A stretch of 32,000 nucleotides of DNA from Erysipelotrichaceae bacterium (GCA_028698185.1 JAQVDW010000004.1:30001-62000), one strand, 5' to 3'. Positions 17,230-26,204 are shown, numbered from the stretch's first letter. The notes: generated by a model not told the origin, from the letters alone. Made by a program: numbers and translations.

Positions 17230-18354
17230 ATGAGAGATGTAAGCAAAATCAAAAGTGTAGTAATCAAAATCGGGAGCTCGTCACTGTGCGATGCGTCCAA
17301 TAAAATAAATAAGGAAAAAATCCTGAAGCTGATCAACCAGATCGCCATCTTGAAACGACGCGGCCTGAAAGTGACGCTTGTCTCATCGGGGGCGATCATG
17401 GCGGGTATGGACAAGCTCGGCTTGGAAACCAAACCGACAAACATTCCCCAGAAGCAGGCCCTTGCGGCAATCGGCCAGGCTTCGTTGATGCAGATCTACG
17501 AGGACCTGTTCGAGCTGTTCGATCTCAAATGCGCCCAGGTCCTTTTGAACCATGACGATTTCGGGGAGCGGATGCGGCTGCTCAACCTGACCAACGCCCT
17601 GAATTCGATGTTTGAATACGATGTGATCCCAATCATCAACGAGAACGACACCCTGGCGGTTGACGAGATCAAGGTTGGCGACAACGACACCCTGGCGGCA
17701 TTGATGGTGCCCATGGTCGACGGCGACCTGCTTGTGCTCGTATCGGACATAAACGGGCTTTACGACGACAACCCCCATACCAATCCCGAAGCGACGCTGA
17801 TCCACAATGTCGTGTGCATCGACGACAGTATCCGCTCGATGGCCAAGGACCCGACCACGAAAGTGGGAACCGGGGGCATGGTGACCAAGATCAAGGCGGC
17901 CAAGATCGTCAATGACTATGGCTGCGCGATGGCGATCGTCAACGGGCAACAGCCCGATGTGATCGTCGATCTCCTTGACGGTGAGATTGTGGGAACCTGG
18001 TTTGATGGCAAGGCGGGAAGAACCCTTACGTCAAGACAACATTGGCTTTTCCACCGTTCGTCACCCAAAGGCAAGATTGTGGTTGACAAGGGTGCGGCCA
18101 AGGCGTTGCTTGAAAAGCACACTTCGCTGCTGCCAAAAGGCATCATCGATGTAACCGGCGACTTCTTGATGTCGGCGGTGGTGGAAATAGTCGACCAACA
18201 GGGCAAAGTGCTGGCCCGGGGCCAGACCAATTACTCTTCCGATGAGATCCGCCTGATCAAGGGTCTGAAAACCGACCAGATCGAAGCGGTGCTGCATTAC
18301 AAAGATTACGATACGATAATTCATGCCAACAATCTGGTATTGAACAAGGAGTAG
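17230..18354 (+). CDS. proB: glutamate 5-kinase (with C-terminal PUA domain)
   Basis: VVIKIGSSSL N-terminus, an amino-acid-kinase fold and a PUA-like tail. proA follows. Confidence 0.93.
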   Translation: MRDVSKIKSVVIKIGSSSLCDASNKINKEKILKLINQIAILKRRGLKVTLVSSGAIMAGMDKLGLETKPTNIPQKQALAAIGQASLMQIYEDLFELFDLKCAQVLLNHDDFGERMRLLNLTNALNSMFEYDVIPIINENDTLAVDEIKVGDNDTLAALMVPMVDGDLLVLVSDINGLYDDNPHTNPEATLIHNVVCIDDSIRSMAKDPTTKVGTGGMVTKIKAAKIVNDYGCAMAIVNGQQPDVIVDLLDGEIVGTWFDGKAGRTLTSRQHWLFHRSSPKGKIVVDKGAAKALLEKHTSLLPKGIIDVTGDFLMSAVVEIVDQQGKVLARGQTNYSSDEIRLIKGLKTDQIEAVLHYKDYDTIIHANNLVLNKE

Positions 18355-18357
18355 ACA

Positions 18358-19602
18358 ATGGATGAAACAATAATCAGACAATTAGAGAAAACCAAACAGG
18401 CCAAGAAGTTCATGCTTACCTGTGAAAAGACGAAAAAAGAGGCGGCGTTGACAGCCATCGCCGCGGCTTTGAAAGCCAACACCGATATCATCGTGGCTGA
18501 AAATGAAAAGGATGTGGCCATGGCTGGTCAAAACGGCATCTCGGAAGCGATGGTCGACCGGCTGCTGCTCACCCCTGAAAGGATCACGGCGATCGCCAAT
18601 GACGTTTTGAAAGTCCGCGACCTGCCTGATCCAATCAACGAGGTGATCCGGGTGATTGAACGGCCCAACGGACTTGTCATCAAGCAGGTGAGAATCCCGA
18701 TCGGGACGGTCGGTGTCATCTATGAATCCCGGCCTAACGTCACGGTCGACATTTCCGCGATCTGCATCAAGACAAACAATGTGGCGGTATTAAAAGGCGG
18801 CAAGGAGGCTTTGAACTCGAACCGGATTTTAGTCAAGGTCATCAATGACGCGATCAAGGACATCCTAGGAGATGGTTGCGTCGAATTGATCGAGACCAGC
18901 GACCGTGACCAGATTGCCAGATTGATGCAGGCCAACGATTATCTTGATGTGATCATCCCAAGGGGTTCGGCGGCGCTGATCCAGGCGGTTGTCAAGAACG
19001 CTTCGGTGCCGGTTATCGAAACCGGGGCGGGCATTTGCCATCTTTATATCGACAGCGAAGCCGATCTGACCATGGCTTTGGAAATCGCCCTTAACGGCAA
19101 GGTCCAACGGCCATCGGTGTGCAACGCAATCGAGACCATTTTGGTCAACGAAGCGGTGGCTGAGGAGTTCGTGCCCAAGCTGGCAAAGGCGTTCAAGCCT
19201 TACAACGTGACGATCTACGGCGACGAGCGGGTCCAAGGCCTTATTGACGCCAAATTGGCCACAGCGCAAAACTATGCGACCGAGTATGACGACTATATCT
19301 GCAACATCAAGACAGTCAAGGATGTCAACGAGGCCATCGAACATATCTATCAATACTCGACCAAACATTCCGAAGCGATTGTTACCAGAAATGATGCGAC
19401 AGCGGAATATTTCCTGAGCGCTTTGGATTCGGCCTGTGTCTACCATAATGCCTCGACCCGTTTCTCCGATGGGGGCGAGTTCGGATTTGGCAGCGAGGTC
19501 GGGATTTCGACCCAGAAACTCCATGCCCGGGGACCGCTGGGGCTCCAGGAGATGACTTCAAGCAAATACAAAGTTTACGGTAAAGGGCAGGTAAGAAAAT
19601 GA
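18358..19602 (+). CDS. proA: glutamate-5-semialdehyde dehydrogenase (gamma-glutamyl phosphate reductase)
   Basis: 414 aa of the aldehyde-dehydrogenase type with a catalytic Cys context (PSVCNAIETILV). The RBS is AAGGAG. Confidence 0.93.
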   Translation: MDETIIRQLEKTKQAKKFMLTCEKTKKEAALTAIAAALKANTDIIVAENEKDVAMAGQNGISEAMVDRLLLTPERITAIANDVLKVRDLPDPINEVIRVIERPNGLVIKQVRIPIGTVGVIYESRPNVTVDISAICIKTNNVAVLKGGKEALNSNRILVKVINDAIKDILGDGCVELIETSDRDQIARLMQANDYLDVIIPRGSAALIQAVVKNASVPVIETGAGICHLYIDSEADLTMALEIALNGKVQRPSVCNAIETILVNEAVAEEFVPKLAKAFKPYNVTIYGDERVQGLIDAKLATAQNYATEYDDYICNIKTVKDVNEAIEHIYQYSTKHSEAIVTRNDATAEYFLSALDSACVYHNASTRFSDGGEFGFGSEVGISTQKLHARGPLGLQEMTSSKYKVYGKGQVRK

Positions 19603-20012
19603 ACGTCGACATGAGAGTGGAAAGAGCCATCGAACTGCGTGGCCAGAAGTACAATTGTGCCCAGACTGTCATCGGGGCCTACGCTGATGCCATCGCTGTG
19701 CCTTTCGAACAGCTGATGAAAATGAGCGAAGGTCTGGGAGGTGGCATCGCCGGAACCGGCGACACCTGCGGGGTCATATCGGCGGCGGCTCTGGTCCTTG
19801 GTCTTCTCAAAGGTACAGGCGAGCCGGATCTGGCCCACAAGGAACAGCTTAACGCCACCATCAAGGCCCTAATCCAGGAGTTCAAGGAAGAACACGGCAC
19901 AATAGCCTGTTTCGAACTCAGAGGTATCATCAATCCCGAAGTCCGCAAGAAATCATCGACATGCAACGAACTGATCTTCAATATGGTCCGCATGATCGAC
20001 AAATATCTCTAA
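19599..20012 (+). CDS. C_GCAxxG_C_C family (putative redox-active) protein
   Basis: YNCAQTV, GDTCGVISAA, ACFELRG and STCNELI match the family's Cys pattern. It has an ATGA overlap with proA. Confidence 0.8.
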   Translation: MNVDMRVERAIELRGQKYNCAQTVIGAYADAIAVPFEQLMKMSEGLGGGIAGTGDTCGVISAAALVLGLLKGTGEPDLAHKEQLNATIKALIQEFKEEHGTIACFELRGIINPEVRKKSSTCNELIFNMVRMIDKYL

Positions 20013-20036
20013 AATCCCGCATTCCGGGATTTTTTT
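20012..20036 (+). terminator. intrinsic terminator
   Basis: aaatcccg (20012-20019) pairs with cgggattt (20025-20032), followed by a T-run. Confidence 0.75.
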
Positions 20037-20037
20037 G

Positions 20038-20082
20038 TTGACTAAAAACAGGATAGGTCTATAATGTTAGTAGACTAACTAA
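20038..20082 (+). promoter_or_regulatory. promoter plus candidate MarR operator
   Basis: TTGACT (20038-20043), a 16-nt spacer, then TATAAT (20060-20065). The inverted repeat TTAGT-N6-ACTAA is at 20067-20082. Confidence 0.55.
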
Positions 20083-20098
20083 TTGCAAGGAGGTTAAT

Positions 20099-20539
20099 AT
20101 GAAAGACAAAAAGATCGAACAGCTTTCATTGGATGTTCACTTTTTTTCCAAGGAAGTCAAGGATTACGCCAAGGCGAAGTTCTGCCACCAGGAGTTCAAC
20201 CATCACCAGGGCCAACTGCTTATGGTGCTCGCGGAAAATCCCGATTTCAATCAGGCCCAACTGGCCAAAAAACTGGAGATAACCCCGGCGACCCTGTCGG
20301 TCAGGCTCAAGAAGCTCGAGGATTCCGGCTATGTTCGAAGGATTGAAAACCCGGATGACAAAAGGAACTATCGACTTGTCGTTTCCCCAAAGGGTCTCGA
20401 AAACATCGCTGCCATCAAAAGGTCGTTCAAGGAGATGTCCAAGGCGATTTTTTCCTGCCTCGATGACCAGGAAATCGATCAGTTAAGCAAACTGATAAAC
20501 AAATGTCGCAACAATTTAAAGGATAAGAAAACATGTTAA
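20099..20539 (+). CDS. MarR family transcriptional regulator
   Basis: 146 aa with wHTH ...QAQLAKKLEITPATLSVRLKKLEDSGYVRRIENPDDKRNYRLVVSPKG. The RBS is AAGGAGG. Confidence 0.9.
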   Translation: MKDKKIEQLSLDVHFFSKEVKDYAKAKFCHQEFNHHQGQLLMVLAENPDFNQAQLAKKLEITPATLSVRLKKLEDSGYVRRIENPDDKRNYRLVVSPKGLENIAAIKRSFKEMSKAIFSCLDDQEIDQLSKLINKCRNNLKDKKTC

Positions 20540-22740
20540 AACTCAAGAAATTTTACGTCCGCTACCTGGTAGCCATCCTCCTGTGTCTAGGGATGCTGGT
20601 GGTCCAGGCCAAGGGCCAATTGGATCTGCCGGACATGATGTCCCAGATCGTCACAACCGGTATCCAGGCCGGGGGGAACGAGGATCAAGTACCCGAACTG
20701 GTTGACAGCACGACCTACAGCCACCTGCAATCGGTGATGCTCGAACCGGAACTGCTCGAAAACGACTATGAATATGTCACCAAAGCAGATTTGGGCGCCA
20801 GCCTGCAAAGCAAGTATCCCGATTTTACCGAAGGTTACCGGCTCAAAGACATCACCGCGGGGGACAAGGACACGCTAAAAAACAACATGGCGGTGGCCCT
20901 GATTCTGGTGAACATGGTCGACAACAATCCTGACCAGGCGTCGTCACTCTTGGAAATGACCCAGGGAATGGATTTCTACGTCTTCATGTCGGTGATCACC
21001 AGCGACCAGAAAGCGCAGATCATCAATTCATTCTCAAACCAGCTCACCCAGATGGGCGAGTCGAATCTCGTCCTGGCGGTAAGCGGGGCGGTTCTTGAAT
21101 TCTATGAGAATATGGGTGCTTCCGGAGCGGCGATCCAGAGCGACTATGTCCTGAACAAAGGGATCGAGATGCTTGGCGTCACCCTGCTTGTGACAGTGGC
21201 GACCATCCTGGGCGGCCTGTTCTCGGCCCGGGTTGGAGCCGGTGTGGCCAAGGACATCCGCAAGGCTGTCTTTGAGAAGGTGGCCCAGTTCTCGCAAAAC
21301 GAATTCAACCATTTCTCCACCGCATCGTTGATCACCCGGACGACCAATGACATCACTCAGGTGCAAAACGTCGTGATCATGCTGCTGCGCATCGCGATGT
21401 TCGCGCCGATCATGGGCGTCATGGCCATCTACAAGGCGGTCAATTTCGCTCCGACGATGACCTGGATCGTATGGCTGGTCCTGGCGGTTCTGTTGGTCAT
21501 CATCATGGGAACATTCACAATCGTTTTGCCAAAATTCAAGATTGTTCAAAAACTAGTCGACAAGATCAACCTGGTCATGCGCGAAAACCTGAGCGGGTTG
21601 CTTGTCATCCGGGCTTTCTCGAATGAAAATGTGGCCAAACGCCGTTTCGAGGATGCCAACAAGGACCTGCTTGACGTCAACCTGTTTGTCAACCGGGTCA
21701 TGGGAGCATTGATGCCGATTATGATGTTCATCTTCAACGCGACCACGCTGCTTGTCATCTTCTACGGTGCCAAGGAAGCGGATACCGGTTCGATCGCGAT
21801 CGGGCAGATCATGGCCTTTATGCAGTATGCGATGCAGATATTGATGTCATTCTTGATGCTCGCAATGATCTTCTTCATGGTGCCCCGGGCTTCGGTGGCA
21901 TCGAAACGGATTTCTGAGGTGCTGGATTTGCCCGTGGAAATCAAAGACCCCCAAAATCCAAAATCTTTCAACGTGGAACAAAAGGGGAGCCTGGAATTCG
22001 AGAATGTCACTTATTGCTACCCTCATGCCAACGAGGCTGTGCTAAGCGACATCTCATTCAAAGTCCGACCTCAGGAAATAACCGCCATCATCGGTTCGAC
22101 CGGTTCAGGCAAATCGACATTGATCAACCTGATTCCCCGGCTGATCGAAGCGACGGTCGGTGTCGTGAAAGTCAACGGTGTCGATGTCGCCAAAGTCAAC
22201 CAACACGATTTGCGTGAGGCAATCGGCCTGGTGCCCCAGAATGCCAAACTGTTTTCCGGAACAATCCGCGAAAACATCAAATATGGCAATGACAACCTGA
22301 GTGATGAACAGATCCAGACGATTCTCGAAACAGCCCAGGCCTGGGATTTCGTTTCAGCGATGCCTGAGGGCATTGACACCCCGGTGGCCCAAGGGGGCAG
22401 CAACTTCTCCGGCGGGCAAAAGCAGCGGTTGGCGATTGCCCGGGCGTTGGCCAAAGAAGCGGATATCTACATCTTCGATGATTCGTTCTCGGCGCTCGAT
22501 TTCAAAACCGATGCGACGCTGCGCGCCAAGCTGGCAAAGATGCTTGAAAAGAAAAAAGCGGCGGTGCTTATTGTCGGGCAACGGATCGCCTCGATCATGC
22601 ACGCCAACCAGATAGTGGTTCTCGACAAAGGCAAGATTGTCGGAGTGGGAACCCACAGCGAACTGTTGGCAAATTGCCAGGTATACCAGGAAATAGCCGC
22701 ATCGCAATTGTCTAAGGAGGAACTTGAAGATGGACAATAA
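20533..22740 (+). CDS. ABC exporter half-transporter (permease + ATPase), the degenerate-site subunit, with a large insertion after TM1
   Basis: Walker A GSTGSGKST, signature FSGGQKQR, Walker B IYIFDDSFSALD (Asp in place of the catalytic Glu), and H-loop GQR instead of AHR. There is about 150 aa of extra sequence between TM1 and TM2. Confidence 0.9.
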   Translation: MLKLKKFYVRYLVAILLCLGMLVVQAKGQLDLPDMMSQIVTTGIQAGGNEDQVPELVDSTTYSHLQSVMLEPELLENDYEYVTKADLGASLQSKYPDFTEGYRLKDITAGDKDTLKNNMAVALILVNMVDNNPDQASSLLEMTQGMDFYVFMSVITSDQKAQIINSFSNQLTQMGESNLVLAVSGAVLEFYENMGASGAAIQSDYVLNKGIEMLGVTLLVTVATILGGLFSARVGAGVAKDIRKAVFEKVAQFSQNEFNHFSTASLITRTTNDITQVQNVVIMLLRIAMFAPIMGVMAIYKAVNFAPTMTWIVWLVLAVLLVIIMGTFTIVLPKFKIVQKLVDKINLVMRENLSGLLVIRAFSNENVAKRRFEDANKDLLDVNLFVNRVMGALMPIMMFIFNATTLLVIFYGAKEADTGSIAIGQIMAFMQYAMQILMSFLMLAMIFFMVPRASVASKRISEVLDLPVEIKDPQNPKSFNVEQKGSLEFENVTYCYPHANEAVLSDISFKVRPQEITAIIGSTGSGKSTLINLIPRLIEATVGVVKVNGVDVAKVNQHDLREAIGLVPQNAKLFSGTIRENIKYGNDNLSDEQIQTILETAQAWDFVSAMPEGIDTPVAQGGSNFSGGQKQRLAIARALAKEADIYIFDDSFSALDFKTDATLRAKLAKMLEKKKAAVLIVGQRIASIMHANQIVVLDKGKIVGVGTHSELLANCQVYQEIAASQLSKEELEDGQ

Positions 22741-24580
22741 CAAAAGACAAGAACCTCGCCGGGGTGGCGGTGGCCCGGGAATGCACCATGGCCTGGGCCA
22801 AGGTGAAAAAGCCAAAAACCTGAAAGTCGCCTTAAGAAAAATTGGTGCCTACTTGAAGCCTTATTCGTTCAAGCTTACCGTAGTATTGGTTTTTGGAATC
22901 ATCGCGACAGTCTTCTCGATTGTCGGACCGAAAATCCTGGCCGGCGCGACTGATGAAATGGTCAACGGAATCATTGCCAAAATCCAAGGAACCGGTGGCA
23001 TCGACTTCACCAAAATCGGCCAGATTGTCCTGATGCTGGCCGGACTGTATCTGATTTCGATGCTGTTTAGCTTCATTCAGGCCTGGGTGGTCACCGATGT
23101 CGCGCAAAAAGTGTCATACAATTTGCGTAACGAGATCAATGAGAAAGTCAGCCGCCTGCCTTTGAAATATTTTGACACCCATCCTTTGGGTGATACCCTG
23201 TCTAGGGTTACCAACGATGTCGACACCCTGGCGCAATCGTTGAACCAGGCCTTGACCCAAATTGTCAATTCGACAATCACCGTCATCGGGGTGGTCGTGA
23301 TGATGTTCACGATATCCTACCAGATGACATTGATAGCCATCATTGTCATCCCGGTAAGCTTCATTCTGATCGCAATCGTGATGAAGTTTTCGCAGAAATA
23401 TTTCACCGCCCAACAAAAATCGCTGGGTGGGGTCAACGGGCAGATCGAGGAGATATACGGCAACCATCTCATCGTCAAGGCCTATAACGGAGAACAAAAG
23501 GCGGTCAGCGCCTTCAACAAGTACAATGACGAACTCTATGATTCGGCTTGGATTTCCCAGTTCTTCTCGGGCCTGATGCGGCCGATCACCGTGTTCGTCG
23601 GCAATGTCGGCTACGTCGCAGTGACACTTGTAGGGGGCTATCTTGCCCATGGCGGCACCATCACCATCGGTGATATCCAGGCCTTCATCCAGTATGTAAA
23701 CCAGATCAACCAGCCAATCGGACAGATCGCCCAGACGATGAGTCTGCTGCAATCGACCGGCGCGGCGGCTGAGCGGATCTTCGAATTCCTTGAAGAAAGT
23801 GAGATGGTCGAATCGCATACGACAGTAGCCCCTGAGGCCTACGATGCGATCCAGGGCCATGTCCAATTCGACCATGTCCACTTTGGCTACAATGAGGGGA
23901 CGACGATCATCAACGACTTCACCATGGATATCCAGGCGGGTCAGACTGTGGCGATCGTGGGACCGACCGGTGCCGGGAAGACGACCATTGTCAAGCTGCT
24001 GATGCGTTTCTATGAGCTCAACGGCGGCGCGATCAAAATCGACGGCCACGATATCAAGGACCTGTCATACCATGACCTGCGCGACCTGTTCGGGATGGTG
24101 CTTCAGGACACCTGGCTTTTCAACGGCACAATCAAGGACAACCTGAAATACGGCCGGCTTGATGCGAGCGAACAGGAAATCGAACAGGCGGCCAAACTGG
24201 CTTATGTCGACCACTTCGTCAACACGCTCGAAGCCGGGATGGACACTCAAATCAATGAAGATTCATCGAACATCTCCCAGGGGCAAAAGCAGCTGCTTAC
24301 CATCGCCCGGGCCTTCTTGAAGGATCCTAAGATCCTGATCCTCGACGAGGCGACATCTTCAGTCGACACCCGGACCGAAGTCCTTATCCAAAAAGGGATG
24401 GAACGGCTGATGGAAGGGCGGACGAGCTTCATCATCGCTCACCGCCTTTCGACAATCCGCAACGCTTCCAAGATCATCGTCCTCAACCAGGGGGATGTGG
24501 TGGAAGTCGGTTCCCATGAACAGCTTATGGCCAACAACGGGTTCTATGCGAATCTTTACAATTCCCAATTCTCATCATAA
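22730..24580 (+). CDS. ABC exporter half-transporter (permease + ATPase), the consensus-site subunit
   Basis: ATG at 22730 lies 9 nt after AAGGAGG. Walker A GPTGAGKTT, Walker B ILILDEATSSVD, H-loop AHR, and a deviant signature ISQGQKQ. Confidence 0.9.
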   Translation: MDNNKRQEPRRGGGGPGMHHGLGQGEKAKNLKVALRKIGAYLKPYSFKLTVVLVFGIIATVFSIVGPKILAGATDEMVNGIIAKIQGTGGIDFTKIGQIVLMLAGLYLISMLFSFIQAWVVTDVAQKVSYNLRNEINEKVSRLPLKYFDTHPLGDTLSRVTNDVDTLAQSLNQALTQIVNSTITVIGVVVMMFTISYQMTLIAIIVIPVSFILIAIVMKFSQKYFTAQQKSLGGVNGQIEEIYGNHLIVKAYNGEQKAVSAFNKYNDELYDSAWISQFFSGLMRPITVFVGNVGYVAVTLVGGYLAHGGTITIGDIQAFIQYVNQINQPIGQIAQTMSLLQSTGAAAERIFEFLEESEMVESHTTVAPEAYDAIQGHVQFDHVHFGYNEGTTIINDFTMDIQAGQTVAIVGPTGAGKTTIVKLLMRFYELNGGAIKIDGHDIKDLSYHDLRDLFGMVLQDTWLFNGTIKDNLKYGRLDASEQEIEQAAKLAYVDHFVNTLEAGMDTQINEDSSNISQGQKQLLTIARAFLKDPKILILDEATSSVDTRTEVLIQKGMERLMEGRTSFIIAHRLSTIRNASKIIVLNQGDVVEVGSHEQLMANNGFYANLYNSQFSS

Positions 24581-24606
24581 AGCGAGCAACCCTCGCTTTT
24601 TTTTTG
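24580..24606 (+). terminator. intrinsic terminator
   Basis: aagcgag (24580-24586) pairs with ctcgctt (24592-24598), followed by a T-run of about 9. Confidence 0.8.
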
Positions 24607-24700
24607 TTTGAGTAAGCGTTCATTATTCCCGGGAAATACCGGCAGCCCCCGTAAGGGGCTGGAAATTCAACAATCCAAGCCGACACGGGAGCCGGTCAAA

Positions 24701-24729
24701 TTGACAAACGGCCATGGCTGTGCTACAAT
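24701..24729 (+). promoter_or_regulatory. promoter of the folate operon
   Basis: TTGACA (24701-24706), a 17-nt spacer, then TACAAT (24724-24729). Confidence 0.7.
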
Positions 24730-24736
24730 TTTTTGG

Positions 24737-24832
24737 CACAGAGTAGAGACAAGTACGTGAAGTGTTTGATGGACGGGGAGTTGTCATCAAAACGAAAGGT
24801 AAGCCTGCGATATTTGTCTTGCATCCCGCTGG
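24737..24832 (+). promoter_or_regulatory. THF (tetrahydrofolate) riboswitch aptamer
   Basis: Conserved blocks appear in the same order as the Eubacterium siraeum THF aptamer as I remember it: AGAGUAG, ACGUGAAGUG, GGGGAGUUGUC, AACGAAAG, GCG and UGCAUCCCGCUG. Helices agacaa/ttgtct and tttgatg/catcaaa covary. It lies upstream of folate genes. Confidence 0.8.
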
Positions 24833-24844
24833 AATCTGAAATTT

Positions 24845-24875
24845 GACGGGATGGGTGACAAACCCGTCCTTTTTA
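24845..24875 (+). terminator. riboswitch expression-platform terminator
   Basis: gacggg (24845-24850) pairs with cccgtc (24863-24868), then CTTTTT. The 5' arm cgggatg (24847-24853) can alternatively pair with aptamer catcccg (24822-24828). Confidence 0.7.
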
Positions 24876-24915
24876 ATACAGGAATTCCAATTGGAAATTG
24901 GAAAGGAGTGTTTCG

Positions 24916-25395
24916 ATGATGGAACGCGTCGATTTGATTATCAACCATCCTGACTTCATCAGGATAATTACCAAGCTTAAAAAGGTGGAAAAAAACCGGG
25001 AGTTCTGCATCCACGATCTCGAACATCTCTTGAATGTCGCGAGGATCATGATGATCAAAAACCTCGAGGAAAACCTGGGATTCGAGAAGGAAATCATCTA
25101 CGCCACGGCCCTTTTGCATGATATCGGCAAACTGCACCAGTACAAGACCAAAGAGAAACATGCCCCCTATGGAGCCATCCTGGCAGCTGGGATCCTACGT
25201 GACTGCCGCTTTAATGAAGCGGAAACTGCGATGATGGCTCAGGCCATAAAGACCCACAGCGATGACGAGGCCACCAATCCCTTAGGCGAGCTGCTGCGAA
25301 CCAGTGACAAGCTCTCCCGGAATTGCTTTTTATGCCCGGCCAGGGACAAGTGCAACTGGGACGACAAGAAAAAAAACAAAGGAGTGACGATATGA
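24916..25395 (+). CDS. HD-domain metal-dependent phosphohydrolase with a Cys-rich C-terminal tail
   Basis: ATG at 24916 lies 8 nt after AAAGGAG. H..HDLEH ... LLHDIGK ... D motifs are present, and the tail is CFLCPARDKC. The TTG at 24898 is rejected as the start. Confidence 0.8.
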   Translation: MMERVDLIINHPDFIRIITKLKKVEKNREFCIHDLEHLLNVARIMMIKNLEENLGFEKEIIYATALLHDIGKLHQYKTKEKHAPYGAILAAGILRDCRFNEAETAMMAQAIKTHSDDEATNPLGELLRTSDKLSRNCFLCPARDKCNWDDKKKNKGVTI

Positions 25396-26204
25396 TCATC
25401 AAAGACAGGAAATTCGATACCAAAAACAATCATTACATCATGGGGATAGTGAACATCACTCCTGATTCATTCTCCGACGGGGGAAAATACAACAATCTCG
25501 AACAGGCTCTAAAGCGGATCGAAGAAATGATCGCCGAAGGCGCCCACATCATCGACATCGGCGGGGAATCGACCCGTCCGGGCCATGTCCGGATTTCCGA
25601 CGAGGAGGAAATCGGCCGGATCATGCCGCTGTTGAAGGCAATCAAGGAACGTTTTGACATTCCGGTTTCGCTTGACACCTACAAGCCTGGCGTGGTCAAG
25701 GCGGCCATCGGCTACATCGACCTGGTCAACGACGTCCATGGCCTGAAATACGATCCGGAAATGGCACATATAATCGCGGCAAACAACCTTTCGGTCTGCA
25801 TCATGCACAACCGGGACAACCAGGATTATGATGACTTTTGGAACGACCTGAAAAGCGACCTGAAGGAAAGCCTGGCCATCGCCAAAGCGGCGGGAATCCC
25901 TGATGAGCGGATCATGCTCGACGGAGGGGTCGGGTTCCCCAAGGATTACAACCAGAACCTCATTACTCTCAACCGGACCGATGAGCTGGTGGAGTGGGGG
26001 TATCCCGTTTTGATCGCGACGTCAAAAAAAGGCTTCATCGGCCAGATCACCGGCAACCCGGTTGACAAGAGGACGGCAGGAACCGTGGCGACCACGGTAT
26101 TTGGAGCCATGAAAGGCGCTTCGTTTTTCCGGGTCCACGATGTCAAGGAAAACAGTGACGCCTTGAGGGTGACCAAAGCCATACTCAATGAAAGCATCGA
26201 TTAG
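25392..26204 (+). CDS. folP: dihydropteroate synthase
   Basis: ATGA overlap with the HD gene. IMGIVNITPDSFSDGG and IIDIGGESTRPG motifs are present. The upstream-extended ORF start at 25323 is rejected. Confidence 0.93.
   Translation: MIIKDRKFDTKNNHYIMGIVNITPDSFSDGGKYNNLEQALKRIEEMIAEGAHIIDIGGESTRPGHVRISDEEEIGRIMPLLKAIKERFDIPVSLDTYKPGVVKAAIGYIDLVNDVHGLKYDPEMAHIIAANNLSVCIMHNRDNQDYDDFWNDLKSDLKESLAIAKAAGIPDERIMLDGGVGFPKDYNQNLITLNRTDELVEWGYPVLIATSKKGFIGQITGNPVDKRTAGTVATTVFGAMKGASFFRVHDVKENSDALRVTKAILNESID

Noticed and set aside
23114-24049. Long antisense ORFs inside well-supported genes. Examples: 311 aa at 23114-24049 (-), 9839-10384 (-), 12617-13216 (-), 17383-17949 (-), 18865-19524 (-), 27344-27892 (-), 28531-29049 (+), 29568-30332 (-).
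   Set aside because: Each lies fully opposite a gene with clear family motifs. They have no RBS. Their low-complexity Arg/Gly/Asp/His-rich translations are typical of the antisense frame of moderately G+C-rich coding DNA.
24643-24661. A G+C-rich hairpin (cagcccc-cgtaa-ggggctg) between the ABC terminator and the folate promoter.
   Set aside because: No T-run follows and it is not in a transcribed leader that I can define. It is most likely incidental or a secondary terminator. There is not enough evidence to call a feature.
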